From the NCBI GenBank assembly GCA_027364845.1, contig DAHXOO010000008.1, forward strand, positions 121 to 64,120: a stretch of 64,000 nucleotides of DNA, given 5' to 3'. The notes below the pieces were generated by a model. The model was given only the letters and a program-made list of their open reading frames with translations. It did not search any database and was not told the DNA's origin. This document shows, in pieces, positions 30,469 to 40,140 of this stretch. Within the stretch, counting starts at the first letter, position 1. Each line of letters opens with the position of its first letter. Source of the DNA: Pseudomonadota bacterium (GTDB lineage: Bacteria > Pseudomonadota > Gammaproteobacteria > Acidiferrobacterales > UBA6901). Made by a program: the position numbers and the translations under genes.

Positions 30469-31128
30469 ATGCCCATCCCCAGACTTATCATAGGAAACAA
30501 AAACTATTCCTCCTGGTCACTGCGGCCGTGGTTGGTCATGAAACAGACCGGAATCCTCTTTGAAGAACTGCGCATCGCCCTATATACGAACAGCGCGAAA
30601 CAGGAAATTCTGCGTCACTCGCCCTCCGGAAAGGTGCCAGCGCTGGAAGATGGAGAACTTGTGATTTGGGACTCTCTGGCGATCTGCGAATACCTCGCGG
30701 AGTGTCACCCGGGCAAGGGGCTTTGGCCTGAAGATCCGACCGCGCGATCGATTGCGCGATCGATAAGTGCAGAAATGCATTCGGGCTTTGCCAATCTACG
30801 AAGCAACATGTCGATGAACTGCCGTGGCTCGTTCCCGGGAAAGGGCCGGACACCTGGCGTGGTCGCGGAAATCGAGCGCGTTACCAGCATATGGAATGAA
30901 TGCCGGCGTCGCTTCGATGCTGGCGGCCCCATGCTTTTTGGGCGTTTCACAATAGCCGACGCAATGTATGCGCCAATCGTGCTTCGGTTCATCACCTATG
31001 CGGTGGAAACTGACCCAGTGGCAACGGCCTATGTACGGACCATCGCGGCCCTTCCAGCGGTGCAAGAGTGGTGCGACAGTGCGCGCGCCGAGCCCGAGTC
31101 CATCCCGCAGTTCGAGAAGTATTCATGA
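30469..31128 (+). CDS. glutathione S-transferase family protein
   Basis: 'MPIPRLIIGNKNYSSWSLRPWLVMKQTGI ... GKVPALEDGELVIWDSLAICEYLAE'. Confidence 0.9.
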   Translation: MPIPRLIIGNKNYSSWSLRPWLVMKQTGILFEELRIALYTNSAKQEILRHSPSGKVPALEDGELVIWDSLAICEYLAECHPGKGLWPEDPTARSIARSISAEMHSGFANLRSNMSMNCRGSFPGKGRTPGVVAEIERVTSIWNECRRRFDAGGPMLFGRFTIADAMYAPIVLRFITYAVETDPVATAYVRTIAALPAVQEWCDSARAEPESIPQFEKYS

Positions 31129-31613
31129 TCCACGGCAGCCGGACGCCCGTGCGGTACTGGCTGTTCAAATCTGAGCCAGCTGCCTTTGGCATTGCTGAGC
31201 TTAAGAGGCGCAAGAACCACACCGAGCACTGGGATGGCGTAAGGAACTTCCAAGCGCGCAATTTCATGCGCGATGAAATGCAAGCCGGCGATCTGGGTTT
31301 CCTTTACCATTCAAGCTGTGCCGAGCCGGCCATTGTGGGCATCATGGAGATCGTACGGCCAGGTTATCCGGACTTCACCGCTTTTGACCCCCTTGAACCT
31401 CACTACGACCCGAAAAGCACGCTGCAACGGCCACTATGGTACATGGTTGATGTGCGCCTCAAGCGCGAATTCAGGCGACCGATTACGCTGCGCGAACTGA
31501 AAACGCACCCGGCGCTCGTCGGCATGCGTCTGCTCGCTCGCGGCAATCGGCTATCGGTCATGCCGGTGGATCGGCGCGAATGGGATTATATTCTCAGACT
31601 GGAGCGCCGTTGA
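31125..31613 (+). CDS. EVE domain-containing protein
   Basis: 'YWLFKSEPAAFGIAELKRRKNHTEHWDGVRNFQARNFMRDEMQAGDLGFLYHSSC' (thymocyte nuclear protein 1-like). Confidence 0.93.
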   Translation: MIHGSRTPVRYWLFKSEPAAFGIAELKRRKNHTEHWDGVRNFQARNFMRDEMQAGDLGFLYHSSCAEPAIVGIMEIVRPGYPDFTAFDPLEPHYDPKSTLQRPLWYMVDVRLKREFRRPITLRELKTHPALVGMRLLARGNRLSVMPVDRREWDYILRLERR

Positions 31614-32287
31614 CTGCGCTCTATCACTTTTGGTGGTCTCCCGAGGCACAGCGCGTTCGCCTTGCCTTGGGCTACAAGGGTATCGTCTACGAAGACCGAC
31701 CGATCGCATTTGATGACGACGAAACATTTTTCGCGCTGGGCGTAGCACGCACCGTCCCGGTGCTGCAGTGCGATGACGGCACGCTGCTGACGGATTCGGC
31801 CACGATACTCCGACAGCTGGACCATTACTGGCCACACCGTCCGATCTATGAAGGTATCCTGACCGCAGCCACATGGGATGCACTGCTGGGCTGGCGCCAA
31901 TCGGCCGATGCGCTGCTAACTCGACTGCACGCGCCCGTGCTTCCCGCCTACCGGGGTATAGGAGACAGCGAACAGAACTTGGCAGCCTACAAGTCCGAAG
32001 TTTCCCGCCGCTTCGGTGCGAGCGTGGAAGAGCTGTCGAATGATCGCTATGGGGCCTTTGGCCAGCTGATGCAGGTGGCGCGGCTCAGGGAACTCGCCAT
32101 CCGTCTGGCGAAGAACCGGTTCTATCTGGGACAGCCGTCTGCCGCCGATATGCTGCTCGCCGCAGACCTGTTCCCTCTCCAACTGCTCGACGGCGTAACC
32201 CTGCCAATCGACCTGATGTATTACATCCAAAGGGTCGAGGATACCTGCCAAACCGGACTGCGCGACGGCCTGCTGGCGTCACTGTGA
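31610..32287 (+). CDS. glutathione S-transferase family protein
   Basis: 'TALYHFWWSPEAQRVRLALGYKGIVYEDRPIAF...ARTVPVLQCDDGTLLTDSATILRQLD'; TTG start overlapping previous stop, approximate. Confidence 0.85.
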   Translation: MTALYHFWWSPEAQRVRLALGYKGIVYEDRPIAFDDDETFFALGVARTVPVLQCDDGTLLTDSATILRQLDHYWPHRPIYEGILTAATWDALLGWRQSADALLTRLHAPVLPAYRGIGDSEQNLAAYKSEVSRRFGASVEELSNDRYGAFGQLMQVARLRELAIRLAKNRFYLGQPSAADMLLAADLFPLQLLDGVTLPIDLMYYIQRVEDTCQTGLRDGLLASL

Positions 32288-32493
32288 CGGGCTGCAGCAC
32301 CGGTGGTACTTGTCAAAAACAAGGGATTCTTGAACAATGATAGGCAATGCTGCCTTTTGCAATATCCAGAACGGCGTTAGCTTGCCAAATCCAGTAATTG
32401 AAAAATGTGGCCGCTGATGGACCTGGTGCCAAGTGCCGATAGTATCAGGTGGCGGCATTTTCCGACCACCTGACTGACAACTGAGAACTCCCA

Positions 32494-33102
32494 ATGCATG
32501 ATTTATCGCGTAAACTGATCCGCGCCTTGGCTGCACTACTATTCACCGTTGCTGCCGCCAGCGCCCACGCCAAACAGCAATCGGGTCCAGCGCATGATCC
32601 GATAGTACGAATGGTCACCACTCTCGGCACTGTTGAGATGGAACTCTTTCCAGACAAGTCACCCGCGACGGTGAAAAATTTCCTGTACTACGTGAACTCC
32701 GGTTTCTATAACGGCACTATTTTCCACCGTGTCATTCCCGGGTTCATGATCCAGGGCGGCGGCTTCAAACCGGGGATGCATCTGAAACCGACACGCGCTC
32801 CAATCCGCAACGAGGCCGACAATGGACTCCAGAATACGGTTGGCACCATCGCCATGGCACGCACCGGCGACCCGAACTCAGCCACTGCGCAATTCTTCAT
32901 CAACACCGCCGACAACCCGTTTCTCGACCACCGCGACGACAGCATAAGTGGCTGGGGTTACACCGTTTTTGGAAAGGTTATCAAGGGAATGGACGTAGTA
33001 CGGAAGATCGAAGCCGTACCCACAGGAACCCGCGGGCCGTTTGCTGATGTGCCATTACATAATGTCTTGATCAAAAAGATAGGCCTGTCAGGATACCGGT
33101 AG
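32494..33102 (+). CDS. periplasmic peptidyl-prolyl cis-trans isomerase (cyclophilin type)
   Basis: Signal peptide; '[15 protein letters not shown]', '[25 protein letters not shown]'. Confidence 0.95.
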   Translation: MHDLSRKLIRALAALLFTVAAASAHAKQQSGPAHDPIVRMVTTLGTVEMELFPDKSPATVKNFLYYVNSGFYNGTIFHRVIPGFMIQGGGFKPGMHLKPTRAPIRNEADNGLQNTVGTIAMARTGDPNSATAQFFINTADNPFLDHRDDSISGWGYTVFGKVIKGMDVVRKIEAVPTGTRGPFADVPLHNVLIKKIGLSGYR

Positions 33103-33129
33103 TCCGCGTGCCCGGCACCAACCCACAAT

Positions 33130-34641
33130 TCAACCGAGAAACAGCTTATACGCTGGATTCGACGTTTCCTCGACAAATTCGTACCCAAGCTTGTCGAGGA
33201 ACTGCCGAAACGCGATCTTGTCCGAAGGAGGAACCTGCATTCCCACCAGCACGCGGCCGAAATCAGCGCCGTGGTTGCGATAGTGAAACAGGCTGATGTT
33301 CCAGGACTGGCCCATTTTATCCAGAAAATTCATGAGCGCCCCGGGGCGCTCGGGAAATTCGAAGCGGTAAAGGATCTCGTGCAGAACATTTGGCGCGTGG
33401 CCACCGACCAAATGGCGGATGTGAAGCTTGGCCATCTCGTTGTCGGTCATGTCCAGAGTGTCGTACCCGTCAGTACGCAGGGTTGCAATCAGATCGTCGG
33501 CTTCTTGCATATCCTGGATTCGCACCCCCACAAAAACGTGGGCACTGCTGGGACTGGAATAGCGATAGTTAAACTCCGTGATCAGGCGATGGCCAACGAC
33601 GGCGCAGAACCTGCGGAAGCTGCCGGGCACCTCTGGTATGGTCACAGCCAGTATTGCTTCGCGCCGCTCGCCGACTTCGGCGCGTTCCGCAACATGACGC
33701 AGGCGGTCGAAGTTCATGTTCGCGCCTGACGCAATTGCAACCAGCTGCCTGTCACGCAGCGAATCGCGCTCGATGTATTTCTTCATGCCAGCAACGGAAA
33801 GGGCGCCCGCGGGCTCGAGTATGGAACGCGTGTCTTCGAAGATGTCCTTGATAGCGGCACAGATCTCGTCGTTACTGACAAGGATTATTTCGTCCACGAA
33901 CTTTTGTGCGAGCCGGAACGTTTCCTCGCCGACCTGACGCACAGCAACGCCGTCTGCGAAGATACCCACATGGTCGAGCATGATCCGGCGACCGGCGGAA
34001 AGCGAGCGGTACATCGCGTCCGCCTCCTCGGGCTCAACACCGATTACCTTGATATCCGGTCGCAGGGATTTTATGTAGACCGCAATGCCGCCGATGAGTC
34101 CGCCGCCGCCTACCGGAACGAAGACGGCATGCAAATCACGGGTGTGTTGCTTGAGTATCTCCACAGCGATGGTTCCCTGCCCGGTGATGACATCGGGGTC
34201 ATCGTACGGATGAACAAAGGTCAGGCCGCGTTCCGCCCCAAGCCGCATTGCAAAGGCATACGCGGCATCGTAGTTATCGCCGTGAAGCAGCACCTCGCCC
34301 CCCAGATTACGGACCGCGTCGATCTTGATCTCCGGCGTCGTAACCGGCATCACAATCAGCGCGTACGTGCCGAGCTTGGCTGCCGCCAGTGCAACCCCCT
34401 GGGCATGGTTACCTGCGGACGCAGCCACAACCCCACGCGCAAGAATGGTACTCGGCAGTGATGCCATTTTGTTGTAGGCGCCGCGGCACTTGAACGAGAA
34501 AACCGGCTGCTGGTCTTCGCGCTTGAGCCAGACCTGGTTGCCTAGACGGCGCGAGAGATTGGGAGCGAAATCGAGCGAAGTCTCTTTGGCAACTTCGTAG
34601 ACACGTGTGGCGAGAATCTTTTCAAGATAACGCTGAGGCAT
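33130..34641 (-). CDS. ilvA: threonine ammonia-lyase, biosynthetic (IlvA)
   Basis: 503 aa; 'REDQQPVFSFKCRGAYNKM' PLP Lys motif, 'VPVGGGGLIGGIAVYIK', two C-terminal regulatory domains. Confidence 0.96.
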   Translation of the reverse strand: MPQRYLEKILATRVYEVAKETSLDFAPNLSRRLGNQVWLKREDQQPVFSFKCRGAYNKMASLPSTILARGVVAASAGNHAQGVALAAAKLGTYALIVMPVTTPEIKIDAVRNLGGEVLLHGDNYDAAYAFAMRLGAERGLTFVHPYDDPDVITGQGTIAVEILKQHTRDLHAVFVPVGGGGLIGGIAVYIKSLRPDIKVIGVEPEEADAMYRSLSAGRRIMLDHVGIFADGVAVRQVGEETFRLAQKFVDEIILVSNDEICAAIKDIFEDTRSILEPAGALSVAGMKKYIERDSLRDRQLVAIASGANMNFDRLRHVAERAEVGERREAILAVTIPEVPGSFRRFCAVVGHRLITEFNYRYSSPSSAHVFVGVRIQDMQEADDLIATLRTDGYDTLDMTDNEMAKLHIRHLVGGHAPNVLHEILYRFEFPERPGALMNFLDKMGQSWNISLFHYRNHGADFGRVLVGMQVPPSDKIAFRQFLDKLGYEFVEETSNPAYKLFLG

Positions 34642-34773
34642 TGATCTAATTTACCAGAAACCAGTCGGCTTCGCAGTACGCATTCCGGTGTTGGGATGAG
34701 CAGTTCGACAGCGACCCTTGTTTTAGGGCCGGCACTGACGGTATTCTCGACATGCAGAAGCGCATGAGGGGGG

Positions 34774-35433
34774 TTGATGACACAGGATGACATGAAGAAG
34801 GCGGCCGCGCAGGCGGCCCTCGAGTACGTTGGCAGCGGGGGTGTAATTGGCGTCGGCACCGGTTCGACCGCGAACTACTTCATCGATGCGCTGGCCACGA
34901 TCAAGGGGCGGATTGACGGGGCCGTCGCTAGCTCCAATGCTACTGCCGAACGGCTCAAAAAGTACGGTATACCGGTGGTTGACCTCAATGCCACTGGGAG
35001 CCTTAAGCTTTATGTCGACGGTGCCGACGAGGCCACCCGCCACCTGCACTTGATAAAAGGCGGCGGTGGCGCCCTCACCCGCGAGAAGATCATCGCCGCC
35101 GCAAGCGAGACTTTCGTATGCGTCGCTGACGAAACAAAGCTGGCCGACGTCCTTGGCAAATTTCCTTTGCCCATAGAAGTCATTCCGATGGCGCGCAGTT
35201 ACGTCGCCCGCGAGATAGTCAAGCTTGGCGGTGAACCGGTACTGCGGCAGGGATTCACGACCGACAATGGCAACGTGATTTTGGACGTGTACAACCTCAA
35301 CATCCTGAACCCAGTTGAACTTGAGCGAACGCTCAATCAGATTGCCGGCGCAGTTACCAATGGCCTATTCGCGCACCGGCCAGCGGATGTGCTGATCCTC
35401 GGCACCAAGACCGGCGTGCAGACCCTCAAGTGA
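34774..35433 (+). CDS. rpiA: ribose-5-phosphate isomerase A
   Basis: 219 aa; '[18 protein letters not shown]', '[25 protein letters not shown]'. Confidence 0.96.
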   Translation: MMTQDDMKKAAAQAALEYVGSGGVIGVGTGSTANYFIDALATIKGRIDGAVASSNATAERLKKYGIPVVDLNATGSLKLYVDGADEATRHLHLIKGGGGALTREKIIAAASETFVCVADETKLADVLGKFPLPIEVIPMARSYVAREIVKLGGEPVLRQGFTTDNGNVILDVYNLNILNPVELERTLNQIAGAVTNGLFAHRPADVLILGTKTGVQTLK

Positions 35434-35449
35434 CCCTGTGCACGCAGGT

Positions 35450-36841
35450 CTAAGTAAAGCTGCGGTTGATCTGAATGTTCAGCTTCTTGATGCGATGCCA
35501 CAAACTGCGCTCGGATATGCCCAGGCGCTTTGCGGCGTGTGCCTGTATTCCTCCACACTGCTCCAGGGCCTTGAGTATTGCGCGCCGCTCGACGTCTGCC
35601 AGCCAGTTATCAAGATCCTGATCGTTGCTTCTGTCGGTCGCTAAGTCAGGATCCAGCGTTTGCGCCGTGGCACCGCGTATCGCCTCGGGAAGATCCTGAA
35701 CATCTATCTCCTTGCCCTTGCATGACAGCAATGAACGCTCTACTGCATTGCGCAGTTCGCGCACGTTGCCAGGCCAGGGATAGTGCAGCAGAACCTCAAG
35801 AGTCCCCGGAGTGAAGCGCTGCACCAGCTTATCCGTTTCCTGGGAAATCTCTCGCAGGAAAGAATCGGCAAGCAGAACGATATCCGCGCCGCGCTCGCGC
35901 AACGGCGGCACCACTATATTGTAGACGTCGAGGCGGTAAAGCAGGTCCTCGCGAAATCTGCCCTGCCGCACCAGTTCCTTGAGGTCACGGTTGGTCGCCG
36001 CAAGGAATCGCACATCGGCACTGCGGACCTGATCGCTTCCGACCGGGAAAAACTCGCGTTCCTGCAGAACGCGCAGCAACTTCGCCTGCAGCGCTGGAGC
36101 GAGATCTCCGATTTCGTCGAGAAACAACGTTCCCCCCTGGGCTTGCTCAAGACGCCCAGAACGGTTTTTCGATGCGCCGGTAAACGCTCCCTTGACGTAG
36201 CCAAAGAGCTCACTTTCCATGAGATCATGCGGGATCGCCGAACAGTTGATCGCCACCCATGGGTACTGGGACCGCGGACTGGTTTCGTGGATTGTGCGTG
36301 CAACCAGCTCCTTGCCGGTTCCACTTTCTCCGGTGATCAGCACGCTGGTGCGGTATGGCGCGACACGCCGGATCTCTTCCAGCAGACACTGTATCGCCTG
36401 GCTTGCTCCCATCAAGTGCCGGCGCGCGAGCGACTCGGTCACAGTCTCCTTGAGACGCTGGTTTTCGCGCAGAATATCGCGCAGCTTGATCGCATTGTGG
36501 ACAGCGATTTCCAGCTCCTCCGGCTCGAACGGCTTGGTCAGATAATCGGTTGCCCCAGCATGGATGCTTTTCACGGCCGAGCGGATGGTGCCGTGGGCTG
36601 TGACCACGATCACCGGGACATCGGGCCGATCTTCGTGACAACGCCGGATGAAATCCTCCCCGCCCATGCCCGGCATTTTCAGGTCGGAAAGGACGACATC
36701 GAGATTCGGATTTGTCAGATGTGCGATCCCGGCCTCACCGCCATCGGCGACCTCCACGCCATAGCCAGCGTCCTCCAGAATCATGCGTATAACTGTCTGC
36801 ATGTTCTGCTCGTCATCGACCACTAGAACGGTTCGTTTCAT
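35450..36841 (-). CDS. sigma-54-dependent response regulator (NtrC family)
   Basis: 463 aa; receiver, [15 protein letters not shown]-terminal Fis-type HTH. Confidence 0.95.
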   Translation of the reverse strand: MKRTVLVVDDEQNMQTVIRMILEDAGYGVEVADGGEAGIAHLTNPNLDVVLSDLKMPGMGGEDFIRRCHEDRPDVPVIVVTAHGTIRSAVKSIHAGATDYLTKPFEPEELEIAVHNAIKLRDILRENQRLKETVTESLARRHLMGASQAIQCLLEEIRRVAPYRTSVLITGESGTGKELVARTIHETSPRSQYPWVAINCSAIPHDLMESELFGYVKGAFTGASKNRSGRLEQAQGGTLFLDEIGDLAPALQAKLLRVLQEREFFPVGSDQVRSADVRFLAATNRDLKELVRQGRFREDLLYRLDVYNIVVPPLRERGADIVLLADSFLREISQETDKLVQRFTPGTLEVLLHYPWPGNVRELRNAVERSLLSCKGKEIDVQDLPEAIRGATAQTLDPDLATDRSNDQDLDNWLADVERRAILKALEQCGGIQAHAAKRLGISERSLWHRIKKLNIQINRSFT

Positions 36842-36850
36842 GAATTACAC

Positions 36851-38587
36851 CTAAGCGTGGACCGGGAACGACATGGCAAACCGGGCGCCACCCTTTTCCG
36901 GCTCAAGTACCAGCAGCCTTCCGCCATTCACCTCGACGAGCGTGTTGGCGAGCGACAAGCCGAGACCGGTACCTCGTTCCTTGGTAGTGAAGAACGGCTC
37001 AAACAGGCGTGGCATGACCTCTGCAGGAATGCCTGGGCCGCTGTCTTCCACGGAAAGTATCACTTGTCCATCCTTTACGGCTGTCACGAGACTTAGCTCT
37101 CCGCCGGTATCCCCCATCGCTTGCAGCGCATTGGTAAGGATATTTGCCCATGCCTGCTGCAACAAGCCGGCATCTCCCATAATGCGCGCCGACCGGTGTC
37201 CAATCCGCTCATGCACCTCCACGTTACTTGTTCCGGCGAGCGTGGCGGCGAGCGCGTGCTTCAGCGGCGCCACTGGGTCTATTCGCAACGACTCCGGATG
37301 TCGGTGGCGGGAGAGCTGCAGGAAATCTTGAACAAGGTTGCCCACCCGTACACTTTCCTCCCGGATCATGCGCAACAGCTCGGCTTTTTTTTGCGAAGAC
37401 AGATCGGATTTCTCCAAAAGCGCTGAGGCGCTGTTTATAACGCCAATCGGATTGCGGATCTCATGCGCGAGCGACGCTGACAGTTCACCGAGGGCGGCAA
37501 GTTTGTCGCGGTGAAACCGTTGCTGCTGCTCGTCACGCGCCTCACGTAGACTCACTGCCATTGCGTTGAATGCCTTCGCCAGATCCCCGACCTCATCGTC
37601 GGAAGTCACGGGCACCGTCGCATTGAAATTCTGGGCAGCCAGCTGCATGACGCCGTCGCGCAGGTGCTCCACAGGCCGCACCACAAGTCTGCTCAGCAGG
37701 TACCCGGTTAAAGCGCCAAATATCACACCGAGAAGCGAAATCCCTGAAAAAAGAAGCAGGCGGTTGGTAACTACCTCTTCGAACCCCGCGCGCTTGAGAC
37801 CACTGAAGATGATCGCCTCAACTTGGCCATCATTATCGACAATCGGTGTGTATTGGCCGCGAAAATCAGCATCTTCGGCCTTCACGCTGTAGTAGGGTTT
37901 GCGGTCAATCTGCAGCCGCCGCATCACGTCCCCGGGCAGGCGTCTGAGCGAGATCAGACTGCCCGGCTTTGAAAACATGTCCAGGTAATTTGGGCCATCG
38001 CGGTAATACAGCCGTGTTTTAAGGCCGGTCAGATGCGATAACTCATTGATAAAATCCTGACCAAGCAGGCTGCCCATGACCAAGTAGTACCTTGGAGGTC
38101 CATGCCGCGGCACACGCGTAATGCCCACGGCAGCAAGCTGGCTGTGTCCGTCGCGCGTAACCTTGAGCACAGCCTCGGTTTGCACCCTGTCCCACATGGT
38201 GCGCATGTCCACCGGCCTCGACGAATACAACAGCGTCTGGTCGCTGTTGTAGACCTGAATGAAACTTATGCCCAGTTCCCGGGCCATGTGGGCAATGGCC
38301 GGGTGCACGGGGTTCGGGTCCCCGTTTTTCAGCCGAGCAACGAATGCTGGGTCGTCCGCCAGCACGTGGCCAAACATAACCGCATCGTTCTGGTAAGCTC
38401 GCAGCCAAGTCCGGTCGACATGCGCTGCGTCCACGATGTAGTGCTTCAACCTTTCCTCAAAACCGGAGGATACCCACTCGGAAGCCAGCATGGCCGCCCC
38501 CAGCATGGGAACGACCATGATTGCCAGGATCAACAGCAACACCTTGCGCTGGAGGCGATTGAGTCGGAGAAATTCCGGGCGCATCAA
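36851..38587 (-). CDS. membrane sensor histidine kinase (periplasmic sensor, HAMP, HisKA, HATPase)
   Basis: 578 aa; two TMs flanking a ~230 aa loop, HAMP, 'ELSASLAHEIRNPIGVINSA' H-box, 'FTTKERGTGLGLSLANTLVEVNGG'. Confidence 0.94.
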   Translation of the reverse strand: MMRPEFLRLNRLQRKVLLLILAIMVVPMLGAAMLASEWVSSGFEERLKHYIVDAAHVDRTWLRAYQNDAVMFGHVLADDPAFVARLKNGDPNPVHPAIAHMARELGISFIQVYNSDQTLLYSSRPVDMRTMWDRVQTEAVLKVTRDGHSQLAAVGITRVPRHGPPRYYLVMGSLLGQDFINELSHLTGLKTRLYYRDGPNYLDMFSKPGSLISLRRLPGDVMRRLQIDRKPYYSVKAEDADFRGQYTPIVDNDGQVEAIIFSGLKRAGFEEVVTNRLLLFSGISLLGVIFGALTGYLLSRLVVRPVEHLRDGVMQLAAQNFNATVPVTSDDEVGDLAKAFNAMAVSLREARDEQQQRFHRDKLAALGELSASLAHEIRNPIGVINSASALLEKSDLSSQKKAELLRMIREESVRVGNLVQDFLQLSRHRHPESLRIDPVAPLKHALAATLAGTSNVEVHERIGHRSARIMGDAGLLQQAWANILTNALQAMGDTGGELSLVTAVKDGQVILSVEDSGPGIPAEVMPRLFEPFFTTKERGTGLGLSLANTLVEVNGGRLLVLEPEKGGARFAMSFPVHA

Positions 38588-38607
38588 GATTCCTGTTTTA
38601 GAGTAAT

Positions 38608-38622
38608 CTACAAAATTTGTAG
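38608..38622. promoter_or_regulatory. candidate response-regulator site (inverted repeat)
   Basis: CTACAAA-A-TTTGTAG perfect 7-bp inverted repeat; its right arm begins a tandem TTTGTAGG TTTGTAGG (38616-38631). Confidence 0.5.
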
Positions 38623-38709
38623 GTTTGTAGGAGTGAGTCGACGCGTCAATGGATTGACTTTGTCATTATAAGCATTTGATTCGAGAAAAGAAATTGTAGT
38701 CATTTTTGA

Positions 38710-38728
38710 ATTGGCACATGAATTGCTT
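38710..38728 (+). promoter_or_regulatory. sigma-54 (-24/-12) promoter
   Basis: ttGGCACatgaattGCt: GG 38713-38714, GC 38725-38726, N10 spacing; TGGCAC-N5-TTGC match, ~88-100 bp upstream of the 74-aa ORF. Confidence 0.8.
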
Positions 38729-38813
38729 TTGTCAGATCCGCTAAGGACGGTCAAGGATTCACCTTACCCATCCGACGTTGAAGCAGGAATGACAACTGAT
38801 TGAGGATAGATAC

Positions 38814-39038
38814 ATGAAAAAGACTTTAATGAGCATTATCGCTCTCGCACTGGTAGCCGTGTTTGGCAATGGCGCCGTCGCTGTTGCCGCGGGCACACCA
38901 CCGGCCGGACACAAGATTGAGCACAGAGTGGAGCACAAAAGAGTAGTGCACAAGAGAATTGTTCGCAGGCGCATCGTGCACAGAAAGATGACAAAGAAAA
39001 TCGTGCATAAGAAAGAACTTGCCCACAAAAAGGGTTAA
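38814..39038 (+). CDS. small secreted His/Lys/Arg-rich repeat protein
   Basis: 74 aa; signal peptide MKKTLMSIIALALVAVFGNGAVAVAA, then ~48 aa basic repeat (KIEHRVEHKRVVHKRIVRRRIVHRKMTKKIVHKKELAHKKG). RBS-like GAGGAT upstream plus a sigma-54 promoter. Confidence 0.75.
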   Translation: MKKTLMSIIALALVAVFGNGAVAVAAGTPPAGHKIEHRVEHKRVVHKRIVRRRIVHRKMTKKIVHKKELAHKKG

Positions 39039-39111
39039 TTCTCATTAGTATCAAAGAGGAAGGCCGGAGGAAGTGTTAAGTCAGGCTTTTCTCAAGCTTC
39101 ACAGTCAGATC

Positions 39112-39142
39112 GAGTAGGGTGGCGGGGTCCCGCCACCCACTC
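39112..39142. repeat. strong inverted repeat/hairpin
   Basis: GAGT-A-GGGTGGCGGG GT CCCGCCACCC-ACTC: 10 bp perfect arms extended by 4 bp after a bulge; no strong T tract. Confidence 0.7.
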
Positions 39143-39383
39143 TTACCACGGTATGCACAGTATCGCGACCGGCGGTTCAAGCAGAACCCGGAAGCCGCTG
39201 ATCGGTTTCCACGGCAACGCCAGTCCCTTCGGACAAATTTCGGTGCGGCGAATTTCAAGTATTCTTCTCACCGGATAGGCAGAGGTCTTTACTCCTTTTT
39301 TGCGTGCCAAATGCGCTCCGTCAGGCTAACCACAGCAAGCCCCATTACCGAAATCCTTCCTTATTGTATTCCTATAATCGCAT

Positions 39384-39818
39384 CTAAATACGCTGTTGGA
39401 CCCAGGACTGCAAACTGCGCGGATCCAGAGCGCCCGACACCCTATCGGCCTCGTGACCACTCTTGAACAGAACCAGCGTGGGAATTCCGCGGATGCCGAA
39501 CTCGCTCGCTAGACCCCGCTCGACATCCGTGTCAACTTTGCCAAAGCGGACACGCATATCGAATTGCGCTGCAGCGGCAGCGAAAACTGGCGCCATTATC
39601 TTGCACGGTCCGCACCAAGGCGCCCAAAAATCCACCAGCAACGGAATATCGCTGTGTTCCATGTGGCGACGAAAATTCGCCGCGGTCAATTCCACCGGCT
39701 TGCCTTCAAACAACGGTTTATGGCAAGTGCCGCATTTCGGATGGTCGTGAAGGCGGTCTTCCGGAACCCGGTTGATTCCCTGGCAATGCGGACAAACGAC
39801 AAGCTTGGACGTAGACAC
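39384..39818 (-). CDS. trxC: thioredoxin TrxC (thioredoxin 2)
   Basis: 144 aa; N-terminal zinc motif CPHC...CGTC, WCGPC active site. Confidence 0.95.
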   Translation of the reverse strand: MSTSKLVVCPHCQGINRVPEDRLHDHPKCGTCHKPLFEGKPVELTAANFRRHMEHSDIPLLVDFWAPWCGPCKIMAPVFAAAAAQFDMRVRFGKVDTDVERGLASEFGIRGIPTLVLFKSGHEADRVSGALDPRSLQSWVQQRI

Positions 39819-40140
39819 GTGAATTCACCCTCCAGTACTCAAGGCTTGCCCTGAAAATGGGGATGATCGTGCGCTATTTCCAGCCCGACTCTCTGGAGGT
39901 TCAGTCTGCTGCGCCAGACCGGCTAGTGGAACACCGTTCGTGGCAAGCTGCCGCGAAGGACAACCAGAAGAAATGATCCGAAAGTAGCAATGCGGGATAC
40001 GTCAGGTCGCGGCACGCGGCCAACTCCGGGAAAATGGCAGCAATGACTGGTGCCAGCCATGGAAGCCTGCAACGTGCCTTGACCCCTTTGTTCGGCGCCG
40101 CGGTTAACCTTCTACCTGGGACCCTGACGGCCTGCCGGGC

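Noticed and set aside
35783-36826. 347-aa plus-strand ORF opposite the response regulator
   Set aside because: Antisense shadow of a conserved NtrC-family gene.
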